From contig PWYL01000070.1 of assembly GCA_003568315.1 (NCBI GenBank), forward strand, positions 15,266-79,265: 64,000 bases of DNA, read 5' to 3'. The position numbers and the translations under genes were made by a program. Positions 46,193 through 54,899 of this stretch are shown one piece after another. The DNA is from Mollicutes bacterium (GTDB lineage Bacteria; Bacillota_I; Bacilli_A; Izemoplasmatales; Izemoplasmataceae). The notes below the pieces were generated by a model. It did no database searches, had not been told where the DNA came from, and saw only the letters and a program-made list of their open reading frames with translations. Each line of letters opens with the position of its first letter. The first letter of the stretch is position 1.

Positions 46193-48016
46193 ATGGCGAA
46201 AAAACAACAAAGGAAAAGAAGAGGAAAAAGACCGGACCGACGTCCGTCCAAACCCAAAATCAAGGAAGGCCCCGTCACCTTCAAGCCGGGAATGACCGTC
46301 GCCGATCTGGCCGACCAGATCGGTGTGAAAGTGAACGACATCATCAAGAAAACGATGGCGGCCGGCATCATGGCGGGAAGGAACGACGCCCTCGAATTGG
46401 CGACCGTCGAACTCATCGCCGCCGACTACAACAAAGAGACGATCGAGGAGAGCATCACCGACGAGAGCCGTTTCGAGGAACTCGAAGAGGAAGAGGACGA
46501 AAAGGCCCTCGAGCCCCGTCCCCCCGTCGTCACCGTCATGGGACATGTCGACCACGGTAAGACGACCCTGCTCGACACCATCCGGAACGCCCGTGTCGTC
46601 GACGGCGAAGCCGGCGGCATCACCCAGCACATCGGCGCCTATCGTTACCGGACGAAAGCGGACAAGTCCATCACCTTCATCGACACCCCGGGACACGCCG
46701 CTTTCACCGCGATGCGCGCCCGGGGCGCGAGCGTGACCGACATCGCCGTGCTGGTCGTCGCCGCGGATGACGGCGTCATGCCGCAAACCCGCGAGGCGGT
46801 CGACCATGCCAAGGCGGCGGGTTGCCCCATCATCGTCGCCGTGAACAAGATGGACCTCCCCGGCGCCAACCCCGACAAGGTCAAGCAGGAACTCGCCGAC
46901 CTTGAACTTCTACCCGAAGAATGGGGCGGCGAGACCATCTATGTCGAGATGAGCGCCCTCTCGGGCGAAGGTGTCGACCAGCTCATCGAAATGATCCTGC
47001 TCACCGCCGAAATCGAGGAATTCAAAGCGAACCCGGATAGAAGCGCCAAAGGCGTCGTCATCGAGAGCGAACTCGACAAGGGCAGAGGCCCCGTGGCGAC
47101 CCTCCTCGTCCAACAGGGAACCCTGAAGGCGGGGGACATCATCGTCGTGGGCGGCACGCACGGAAGGGTCCGCGCCATGACGGACGACCTCGGCAAAACT
47201 GTCGAAAAAGCCTTCCCGAGCACACCCGTCGAGATCATCGGTCTGCAGGATGTGCCACAGGCGGGGGACGCCTTCAAGGTGTTCTCCGAAGAGCGCAACG
47301 CCAGACAGATCGCCGAGAAACGCGCCGAGCGCTCCATCAAGGAAGCCCGCGGCGCCAGAGGGGCGATGAGCCTGAAAGAGCTCTTCGCCAATCTCTCCGA
47401 AGCCGACAAGAAGGAACTCCGCATCATCGTCAAGGGCGACACCCACGGTTCCATCGAGGCCCTTCGCTCCTCCCTCGAGAAGATCGAGGTCGAAGGCGCC
47501 TCCATCGATGTCATCCGGGGGAGCGTCGGCACGATCACCGAGACCGACATTTCGCTCGCTGAAGCATCGGGCGCCGTTGTCCTCGGTTTCAATGTCCGCC
47601 CCGCCGTCGCCGTGCGCGACGTCGCCCGGGAAAAAGGCGTGGAAATCCGCCTCTACAGCGTCATCTACAACGCCATCGACGACATCGAGAAGGCGCTGAA
47701 AGGCATGTTGGATCCCGAATACGAAGAAGTCGTCACCGGCCAGGCCGAAATCCGCGAGACGTTCAAGATCTCCCGGCTCGGCACCGTCGCCGGCTGTCAT
47801 GTGACGGACGGTTTCATCAAGCGGGACGCGCTTGTACGTGTCATCCGTGACGGTGTGGTCGTCTATGAAGGCGAGCTTTCCAGCCTCAAGCGGTTCAAAG
47901 ACGACGTCAAGGAAGTCAGACAAGGCTATGAATGCGGCATGATGATCGACAATTTCAACGACATCAAGATCGGCGACATCATCGAAGCCTCGATCATGAA
48001 GGAGGTCAAAATCTGA
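46193..48016 (+). CDS. infB: Translation initiation factor IF-2
   Basis: ATG 46193; 607 aa. G domain [21 protein letters not shown] and NKMD. Confidence 0.95.
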   Translation: MAKKQQRKRRGKRPDRRPSKPKIKEGPVTFKPGMTVADLADQIGVKVNDIIKKTMAAGIMAGRNDALELATVELIAADYNKETIEESITDESRFEELEEEEDEKALEPRPPVVTVMGHVDHGKTTLLDTIRNARVVDGEAGGITQHIGAYRYRTKADKSITFIDTPGHAAFTAMRARGASVTDIAVLVVAADDGVMPQTREAVDHAKAAGCPIIVAVNKMDLPGANPDKVKQELADLELLPEEWGGETIYVEMSALSGEGVDQLIEMILLTAEIEEFKANPDRSAKGVVIESELDKGRGPVATLLVQQGTLKAGDIIVVGGTHGRVRAMTDDLGKTVEKAFPSTPVEIIGLQDVPQAGDAFKVFSEERNARQIAEKRAERSIKEARGARGAMSLKELFANLSEADKKELRIIVKGDTHGSIEALRSSLEKIEVEGASIDVIRGSVGTITETDISLAEASGAVVLGFNVRPAVAVRDVAREKGVEIRLYSVIYNAIDDIEKALKGMLDPEYEEVVTGQAEIRETFKISRLGTVAGCHVTDGFIKRDALVRVIRDGVVVYEGELSSLKRFKDDVKEVRQGYECGMMIDNFNDIKIGDIIEASIMKEVKI

Positions 48017-48369
48017 TGGCCAACGTCAAACGGCTCGAATCGGATTTGAAAAAGGCCCTCACGGAAATCCTTCGCGAAGAGGCGAAGGATCCCGATATCG
48101 GTTTTCTGACTGTCACCGACGTCGACCTCACGAACGACCTCTCCTACCTCACCGTCCATTATACCGTGCTCGAGGAAGAAGAGACCACTCGGGAAAGTGT
48201 CCAAAAGGCGTTGGAAAGGTCGAAGAAATTCTTGCGCACCCTGCTCATGGAACGCGTGAAGATGCGCAAGGCGCCCGAACTCCGCTTCCGTTACGACGAA
48301 TCATTGGAGACGGGAAACCGGATTGAAAGAGGGTTGAAAAAGGTGTTGGAAAAGGACAACAAGGACTGA
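48016..48369 (+). CDS. rbfA: Ribosome-binding factor A
   Basis: ATG 48016 overlaps the infB stop (TGATG); 117 aa. Typical RbfA N-terminus and PEL.F..D motif. Confidence 0.9.
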   Translation: MANVKRLESDLKKALTEILREEAKDPDIGFLTVTDVDLTNDLSYLTVHYTVLEEEETTRESVQKALERSKKFLRTLLMERVKMRKAPELRFRYDESLETGNRIERGLKKVLEKDNKD

Positions 48370-48400
48370 GCGCTTTTTCAAGCGCCTTTTCCCTTTTTTG
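48370..48400 (+). terminator. Weak terminator after rbfA
   Basis: 6-bp stem GCGCTT/AAGCGC followed by a T-rich tract. Confidence 0.45.
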
Positions 48401-48422
48401 AGCGAAGGGAGCGAAAGGGACC

Positions 48423-50192
48423 ATGAAGGAAAAACTTGTCGACGTTCCCCAAAAACCCGGTGTCTATCTTATGAAGGATGACGCAGGCCGCACGCACTAT
48501 GTCGGCAAGGCGAAGAACTTGAAAGCCCGCCTTTCGAGCTATTTCACGGGCTCGCACGACTACAAGACGCAAAGGATGGTCGCCGCCACCGCCGATTTCG
48601 ACTATATCGTGACACTTTCCGAGATCGAGGCCTTGATTCTCGAACTCGACCTCATCAAGAAAGAACAACCCCGCTACAACGTCCTTCTCACCGACGACAA
48701 GACCTATCCCTATATCGAAATCACCGAAGAGAGACACCCGAAACTCCGGGTGACAAGAAACGTCAAGAACAAGAAGAACCGCCACATATACGGCCCCTTT
48801 CCCGATGTCCGCGCCGCGCGGGAGACGCTCAGGATCCTGAACAGGCTCTATCCGCTCCGGAAATGTCAACGTCTGCCGACCGAAGCCTGTCTCTATTGGC
48901 ATCTCGGACAGTGTCTCGCCCCCTGCATCAACAGAGTGGAAAAAGAGCGGTATGAACCTTTCAAGAAAAAAATCGACCGCTTCTTGCGCGGACAGACGAA
49001 AGACATCCTCGCCGACCTAGAAGAGAAAATGGCCGCGGCAAGCGAAAAGCTTCAATTCGAGCGCGCCCAGGAATACAAAGAGACCATCGCGGCGATCAAA
49101 CAAACGACCGAGGCGAAACAATCCGTCAATCTGAAAGACACCTCCGGACGCGATGTCGTCGGCATCGCCGAGGACGAGGAGTTCTTGGCCCTGGCCTTCC
49201 TTTTCGTGCGCAACGGCAAGATCGCCGCGACCGACAAGCGCCTCCTCGACAAGGAAGCTTCCGCAAAAGACGCCATCAGCCAATATCTCGGGCAGTTCTA
49301 CCGCGACCATCCCGCCCCGCGCGAGATTCTGCTCGATGGCATCGAGAACCCCGAGGCCTTGGCAGCCGCACTCGAAACGAACGTCCACATCCCGAAACGG
49401 GGCGGGAAACGCCGCCTTCTCGCCATGGCGAAAGAAAACGCCAAAGATACCTTGAAGAATGAACGGTTGAAGACGAAAGAACTGCAAGAAAGGACCTTCG
49501 GCGCCCTTGAGGAACTCGCCGAAGAACTCGGCATCCCCATTCCCTATCGTATCGAGGCCCTCGACAACGCCCACCTCTTCGGTACGCACGCCACGAGTGC
49601 CGTCGTGGTGTTCGTGAACGGGCAGCCGAAGAAAGACGAATACCGGAAGTTCAAGCTCCGAAAAGAAGCCGCCGCCGCCGACAGCGAACTCTTGGAGGAA
49701 GCGGTCTACCGCCGCTATCGGCGATTGCTCATGGAAGAAAAAAAGCTTCCCGACCTCATCCTCGTCGACGGCGGTATCCAGCAGATGCAAGCGACCCAAG
49801 AAGTGCTTTCCGCTTTGGGTCGGTCCATTCCCGTCGCCGGCATGGTGAAATCGAAAGACCACAAGACCCATCATCTCCTCGATTCCGCCCACAACACCAT
49901 CGCGCTCGCGAAGACGGGAAGACTCTTCCGGCTGCTTTCAAAGATCCAGGAGGAAGCGCACCGCTTCGCCACCGAATATCACAAGAAGATCCGGGGGAAG
50001 GGGCTTTTCGAAAGCGTCCTCGACGATGTCGAGGGTGTTGGCGAAAAGACGAAGATGAAGCTCCTCGGGACCTTCAAGACCATCAAGGCGATCCGCGAGG
50101 CGAAAGAAGAAAGCCTCCGCGAGCTCGGCATACCGCAAAAGACCATCAAGAATATCAAGGCACACCTAGAACAAGATAACAAAGACAGGTGA
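48423..50192 (+). CDS. uvrC: Excinuclease ABC subunit UvrC
   Basis: 589 aa. GIY-YIG GVYLMKD...YVGKAKNL, UVR domain, C-terminal HhH. Confidence 0.95.
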   Translation: MKEKLVDVPQKPGVYLMKDDAGRTHYVGKAKNLKARLSSYFTGSHDYKTQRMVAATADFDYIVTLSEIEALILELDLIKKEQPRYNVLLTDDKTYPYIEITEERHPKLRVTRNVKNKKNRHIYGPFPDVRAARETLRILNRLYPLRKCQRLPTEACLYWHLGQCLAPCINRVEKERYEPFKKKIDRFLRGQTKDILADLEEKMAAASEKLQFERAQEYKETIAAIKQTTEAKQSVNLKDTSGRDVVGIAEDEEFLALAFLFVRNGKIAATDKRLLDKEASAKDAISQYLGQFYRDHPAPREILLDGIENPEALAAALETNVHIPKRGGKRRLLAMAKENAKDTLKNERLKTKELQERTFGALEELAEELGIPIPYRIEALDNAHLFGTHATSAVVVFVNGQPKKDEYRKFKLRKEAAAADSELLEEAVYRRYRRLLMEEKKLPDLILVDGGIQQMQATQEVLSALGRSIPVAGMVKSKDHKTHHLLDSAHNTIALAKTGRLFRLLSKIQEEAHRFATEYHKKIRGKGLFESVLDDVEGVGEKTKMKLLGTFKTIKAIREAKEESLRELGIPQKTIKNIKAHLEQDNKDR

Positions 50193-50196
50193 TCAG

Positions 50197-51066
50197 ATGC
50201 TCGTCTACGGAAGAATCCTCCACACGGACGAAACGCGGCGCCTCCTCGAGGTCGTCTTTCGCAAACAACGGAAAACATGTTATGTGCAGCGGGCGCAATT
50301 CAACCGGCTCCAGGAGTTTTTGCATCCGGGGAATTTCGTCGTCCTCTCCATCAAACGCATCGAGAAGAAGCGGGGGATGCGCCGCCATGTGGTGGAGGCC
50401 GTCAAACGCATCGTGCGTCCTTCCCCACGTCGCCCGCTCGTCCTCTACAGCGAGACGGACATCCGCACCGAGACCGTGCGCTTCTTGAACAGCCTCGGGA
50501 AGAAGCTCTTCCTCGACCTCGAGATGAGCATGCATCCCTACTACAAGGATAAAGACTTCAAGCAGGAGATCATCCAGGCGGGATACGTCCTCATCTCTTC
50601 CGAAGGGGAAGTCCTCGAGACCTTCCGCGGTTTCGTGAGACCCACCCGCCACAAACGGATCACGAAACGGACCCGGAAATTCCTCGGCGTGACACAAGAA
50701 GAGATCGATTCGGGCCTTTCCTACAAAGATTTCCACGCGCATCTCCAAAAGCTCGTGCGAACGCACCGCCCGGCCGTCATCGTCTGGGGGAAGAACGACA
50801 TCCTCGCCTTGCGTGAATCCTACGGGATCAACCGCCTGCCCCCGATCCGCCCCCGCATCCGTTTCGTGAACCTCCTCGAACTCTACAAGACCTTTTACGG
50901 GCTGAAAGACGACGTTGGTCTTCTCACGGCCTACAACAGTCACGGCGAAGAAAAAGACGACCAACGTCATGACGCTTATGACGACGCTTTGATGACGAAA
51001 ACGATCTTCGATAATTTCCTCGAGGAAATCAACGCCCTTCAGCCCCGTTTTCCCAAGCGGTCCTGA
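50197..51066 (+). CDS. DEDDh 3'-5' exonuclease (KapD-like) with ~105-aa N-terminal extension
   Basis: 289 aa. FLDLEMS (DxE), WGKNDI and HDAYDDA motifs. Starts 4 nt after the uvrC stop. Confidence 0.7.
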   Translation: MLVYGRILHTDETRRLLEVVFRKQRKTCYVQRAQFNRLQEFLHPGNFVVLSIKRIEKKRGMRRHVVEAVKRIVRPSPRRPLVLYSETDIRTETVRFLNSLGKKLFLDLEMSMHPYYKDKDFKQEIIQAGYVLISSEGEVLETFRGFVRPTRHKRITKRTRKFLGVTQEEIDSGLSYKDFHAHLQKLVRTHRPAVIVWGKNDILALRESYGINRLPPIRPRIRFVNLLELYKTFYGLKDDVGLLTAYNSHGEEKDDQRHDAYDDALMTKTIFDNFLEEINALQPRFPKRS

Positions 51067-51095
51067 AAAACCATGCCGTAGGAAGGAAGGTCGCG

Positions 51096-52262
51096 ATGAA
51101 AAAACTCGCCACGCTGCATGAAGAACATTTCCACACCGTTCCCGCGGGTCACATCCGCGTGCCGCTCTCCGTCTCGGTGCTCGGGGATTTCTGCGACTAT
51201 GCGGGCGGAAATGTCATCATGTTCGCCACCCCCGTGACTCTATACGGAGGGTATTCACAGCGCGACGATTTCGAACTCCATATCCGGATTGACGCCTTCC
51301 GGCAAAAACAAGAGGTTTCCATCGACATGCGCCAGCTCACCCACGAGCACGAGAACCCCCTCTTCAACGTGTTCGAGGCCATCCTCGAGAAATTGCGCTA
51401 TGAAGGCTACAATGTCGAGACGGGTCTGAACATCACCATGGTGTCGGCAACCGAAAGCGATTTGAACATGGCGATCGACCCGACGTTGGCAACGCTTTTC
51501 ATCGCCCTGCTCGCGCAGCGAAACGACTTCTCCCAGCCCTTTCCCCGTATGGCGCGCTATGCGGCCCATGCCGAAAAGAAAATCCACAAACGCACCACGA
51601 GCCCGGCGCATCATCTTTGCAGTCTCGCCGCGAAGGAAGGGCAAATGTTCGCTTACAATGCGGAAACGAACGAACATGCGCATCTTTCTTTCGATTTCAC
51701 CGCGAACAACTTCCATATGGCTATCGTCAAACAGCCCCGTTTCGCGATAAACCCCTATTTCGTCAAAAAGATCGCCGCGCTCGACAAAGGTTTGGAAAGC
51801 ATCCAGAGGGAGCGTTACGTCGATCACGTCTGCGAGCTCAGCGTGCGCGAGTTTACCAACCATCGGGCCCAAATCCTCTCAAGACAGGCGCTCGCCATGA
51901 CCGAACATGTCGTCTTCGAGAACGACCGTGTCATACAGAGTCTCCCCTTCTTCGAACGGAAGGACGCCATCGCCGTGGGCGATTTCATGAACCAGACCCA
52001 TTTTTCGCTGAAGGAACTTGCCGGACAGTCGAACGAGATGTTCGACTGGTTGGTGGAAAACGCCATATCCGAAGGCGCTCTCGGCGCGAAGGCGGGCTTT
52101 CTCTCCGGCATGCCCGTCGTGCTCGTGTTAGAAGAAAAAAAGACCCCCCTGGATCTTTCTGCTCTGAAAAAGCGTTTCATGGACCGCTTCGATAAAACAG
52201 TGGAATTTCTACCCGCGACCGCCTGCGGTGGTGCGGCAAGAATCGACAAAGAGGATGATTGA
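51096..52262 (+). CDS. Galactokinase-like GHMP-fold protein with degenerate catalytic motifs
   Basis: 388 aa; SD GGAAGGAAGG. VLGDFCDYAGG in place of the GalK signature GEHxDY. No PxGSGLSSSA-type P-loop. C-terminal GAKAGFLSG in place of TGAGFGG. Confidence 0.6.
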   Translation: MKKLATLHEEHFHTVPAGHIRVPLSVSVLGDFCDYAGGNVIMFATPVTLYGGYSQRDDFELHIRIDAFRQKQEVSIDMRQLTHEHENPLFNVFEAILEKLRYEGYNVETGLNITMVSATESDLNMAIDPTLATLFIALLAQRNDFSQPFPRMARYAAHAEKKIHKRTTSPAHHLCSLAAKEGQMFAYNAETNEHAHLSFDFTANNFHMAIVKQPRFAINPYFVKKIAALDKGLESIQRERYVDHVCELSVREFTNHRAQILSRQALAMTEHVVFENDRVIQSLPFFERKDAIAVGDFMNQTHFSLKELAGQSNEMFDWLVENAISEGALGAKAGFLSGMPVVLVLEEKKTPLDLSALKKRFMDRFDKTVEFLPATACGGAARIDKEDD

Positions 52263-52266
52263 AATG

Positions 52267-52301
52267 ACAAGGGCCCGCGCTGCTGCGCGGGCCCTTGTTT
52301 C
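52267..52301. terminator. Shared hairpin between the convergent GalK-like gene and rnj
   Basis: 14-bp GC-rich stem ACAAGGGCCCGCGC/GCGCGGGCCCTTGT. Only short T runs on either side. Confidence 0.6.
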
Positions 52302-52304
52302 ATG

Positions 52305-53990
52305 TTATACGGTGATGACGACGGGGAGGATCATCGGTTCCCGTTCGGTTTTTTTGTAGATGTGGTCGTTCAAAGCGTCGGCGAGTTCGCGCTTGATGTT
52401 GCCGAAGGGGATAGCGCCCCGCTTTTGCTTTTGCAAAAGCTTATCCGTGGCATCGCGCGCGACAAGGGCGATCTCGTCGGTGAGTTCGGTGTGGTCCTTC
52501 ATGTAGACGAAGCCCCGGCTGACGATCACCGGCATGCCCAGGACCTCGCGTTTGTTTTCGTCGATGGTCACGATGGCGGAAAGGAGGCCGTCCTCGGCGA
52601 GGGTGCGCCTGTCGCGGAGTACGATGTTGCCGATGTCGCCGATGCCCTTGCCGTCGATGTAGACACTCGAAGCGGGCACCTTGCCCGCGATGCGCGCCTT
52701 CTTTTTCGACAAGGCGAGGATGTCGCCGTTGTCCGACACGAATACGTTTTCCTTCTTCACACCGCAGGAGATGGCCTTCTCGGCATGGATTTTCAACATC
52801 CGGTGCTCTCCGTGGACGGGGAAGAAGAAGCGGGGCTTCATGAGTTTCAGCATGAGTTTCAGTTCCTCGCCGCCCGCATGACCGCTCGTGTGGGTGTCGG
52901 TCAGGGGGGAATGCGTGATGACATTCGCTTCCCGTTGGAAGAGCTGGTTGATGGTCTTGTTGATGGAGGGGGCGTTGCCCGGGATGGGACTCGAGGAAAA
53001 AATGACGGTGTCCCCCGGCCGGATCTTGATCTGGCGGTGGGTGCCGTTGGCGATCCGCGAGAGGGCGGCGAAGGGTTCCCCTTGCGAGCCCGTGCAGAGG
53101 ATGGTGATCTCTTCGGGCTTGAAATGTCTGAGCGCCCTCCCGCCGACAAAGGTGCCGTGGGGGGCCTTGATATAGCCCATCTCCTGTCCGACCTCGATGG
53201 TGCGCTCCATGCTCCTACCGAAGACGGCGATCTTCCGGTCGGTCGCGATCGAGGCCTCGATGATCTGTTGGACCCTGTGGATGTTGGAGGCGAAGGTCGC
53301 CACGACGGCCCGTCCTTCGATGCGGCTGAAGATGTCGCGGAGATTCTCGCTCACCGCGGTCTCGCTCTTGGTGAAGACGTCGAGCTCCGCATTCGTGGAA
53401 TCGCTCAAAAGGAGGTCGACGCCTTCATGGCCGAGTCTGGCCATCTTCAAATAATCGGCGTCGGGTCCTGTGGGCGTGAAGTCGAACTTGAAATCACCGG
53501 TGAGGACGATTCTTCCGGCGGGCGTCTTCACGGCGATGCCGAAAGAATCGGGGATGGAGTGGTTCGTGCGGAAAAAGCTCACCTTCAGGTTCTTGAAGGA
53601 AATGTTGTCGTTTTCGAAGAACTCGAAGAGATTGTAGTGCACCCCGCGATGTTCTTGCATCTTGTTCTTGATGAGACCGACGGCGATGCCGGCCGCATAG
53701 ATCTTCGGGATCTTCACCTGGCGCAAAAGCCAAGGGATTCCACCGATGTGGTCCTCGTGGCCGTGGGTGATGAAAAGGCCCTTGATCCTATGTTGGTTCT
53801 CCTTGAGATACGTGTAGTCGGGGATGACATAGTCGATGCCCGGAAGGTGCTCGTCCGGGAACATGACCCCGGCGTCGATGATGATGATCTCGTCAGCGTA
53901 TTCGATCACATACATGTTCTTTCCGACTTCGCCGAGGCCGCCCAGGGCAAAAACACCGACTTCGTGTTTTTTCAACATTCGGTTTGACAT
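52305..53990 (-). CDS. rnj: Ribonuclease J
   Basis: 561 aa. FITHGHEDHIGG and beta-CASP pattern. SD AGGAGG. Confidence 0.95.
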   Translation of the reverse strand: MSNRMLKKHEVGVFALGGLGEVGKNMYVIEYADEIIIIDAGVMFPDEHLPGIDYVIPDYTYLKENQHRIKGLFITHGHEDHIGGIPWLLRQVKIPKIYAAGIAVGLIKNKMQEHRGVHYNLFEFFENDNISFKNLKVSFFRTNHSIPDSFGIAVKTPAGRIVLTGDFKFDFTPTGPDADYLKMARLGHEGVDLLLSDSTNAELDVFTKSETAVSENLRDIFSRIEGRAVVATFASNIHRVQQIIEASIATDRKIAVFGRSMERTIEVGQEMGYIKAPHGTFVGGRALRHFKPEEITILCTGSQGEPFAALSRIANGTHRQIKIRPGDTVIFSSSPIPGNAPSINKTINQLFQREANVITHSPLTDTHTSGHAGGEELKLMLKLMKPRFFFPVHGEHRMLKIHAEKAISCGVKKENVFVSDNGDILALSKKKARIAGKVPASSVYIDGKGIGDIGNIVLRDRRTLAEDGLLSAIVTIDENKREVLGMPVIVSRGFVYMKDHTELTDEIALVARDATDKLLQKQKRGAIPFGNIKRELADALNDHIYKKTEREPMILPVVITV

Positions 53991-54074
53991 TGTGAATCCT
54001 CCTAGAAAAGGGGCGGTGACGGTTTTGTTTTCATACCATTATACCCCATTTTACGCGAGAAACCAAAGGATTTG

Positions 54075-54083
54075 TGGTATAAT
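54075..54083 (+). promoter_or_regulatory. Extended -10 box upstream of the Cof-type hydrolase/priA genes
   Basis: TGGTATAAT. Confidence 0.4.
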
Positions 54084-54104
54084 TTTCCCTGAAGGTGATA
54101 GCTT

Positions 54105-54890
54105 GTGAGCAAAAAACGGATCATATTCTTCGATGTCGACCACACCCTCTACGACCCTTTCCAGGACCGGATTCCACCTTCCGCCCGCAACGCGCTGCAA
54201 GCGGTGCACGCGAAAGGCGACACGATTCTCGCTATCGCTACGGGAAGAGCCTTTCATATGCTTTCTGTCATCGAGGACGTCTTGCCGTTCTTCGACCTTT
54301 TCGTGACCATCAACGGGAGGATCATCCTCCACAAAGGAGAGATCGTCCATGACGATGCTTTCCCGAAAGAAGAGGTCGCCCACATCAAGGGCCTTTTCCG
54401 TCGTGAAGGCCTTTGTTACGGTTTTGTGGGTAAACACACCCATGCCGTGAGCGAAGCGGACGCGGAGATTCTCGCCCGTTTCGAAAGACAGCGTCTGCCC
54501 TTCCCTGTCACCGACAAAGATTTCGACAAGAAGAACGATGTCTATCAGATGTGGGCCATCGCCCCGGAAGAAGAACACGGCCGTCTCGCCAAGGAACTGC
54601 CGCACCACGATGTCGTGAGCTGGCTCGAAGACGGCTTCGATGTCATCCACCCAAAAAAGCACAAGGGAAGCGGCGTCGAAAAGGCGTTGGAACTTCTCGG
54701 CATCCCGAAAGACAGAGCCTTCTGTTTCGGCGATGCCGGCAACGATATCGGCATGTTGGCGGAAATCCCCAACTCCATCGCCATGGGGAACGCGAGCGAT
54801 ACCGTGAAACGCCACGCCAAGCACATCACGGCTCCGCTCACCGACGATGGCATCGCGAAAGCCCTCCACAAGCACGGATTCCTCGATTGA
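54105..54890 (+). CDS. Cof-type HAD-IIB family hydrolase
   Basis: GTG 54105; 261 aa. FFDVDHTL and FGDAGNDIGM motifs. Confidence 0.85.
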   Translation: MSKKRIIFFDVDHTLYDPFQDRIPPSARNALQAVHAKGDTILAIATGRAFHMLSVIEDVLPFFDLFVTINGRIILHKGEIVHDDAFPKEEVAHIKGLFRREGLCYGFVGKHTHAVSEADAEILARFERQRLPFPVTDKDFDKKNDVYQMWAIAPEEEHGRLAKELPHHDVVSWLEDGFDVIHPKKHKGSGVEKALELLGIPKDRAFCFGDAGNDIGMLAEIPNSIAMGNASDTVKRHAKHITAPLTDDGIAKALHKHGFLD

Positions 54891-54899
54891 GGTGAAACC

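Noticed and set aside
52302-53987. 561-aa plus-strand ORF, identical in length to RNase J on the other strand
   Set aside because: It is the codon-aligned mirror of rnj, which carries the HGHEDHIGG and beta-CASP motifs. The plus-strand product has no motif and no translation signals.
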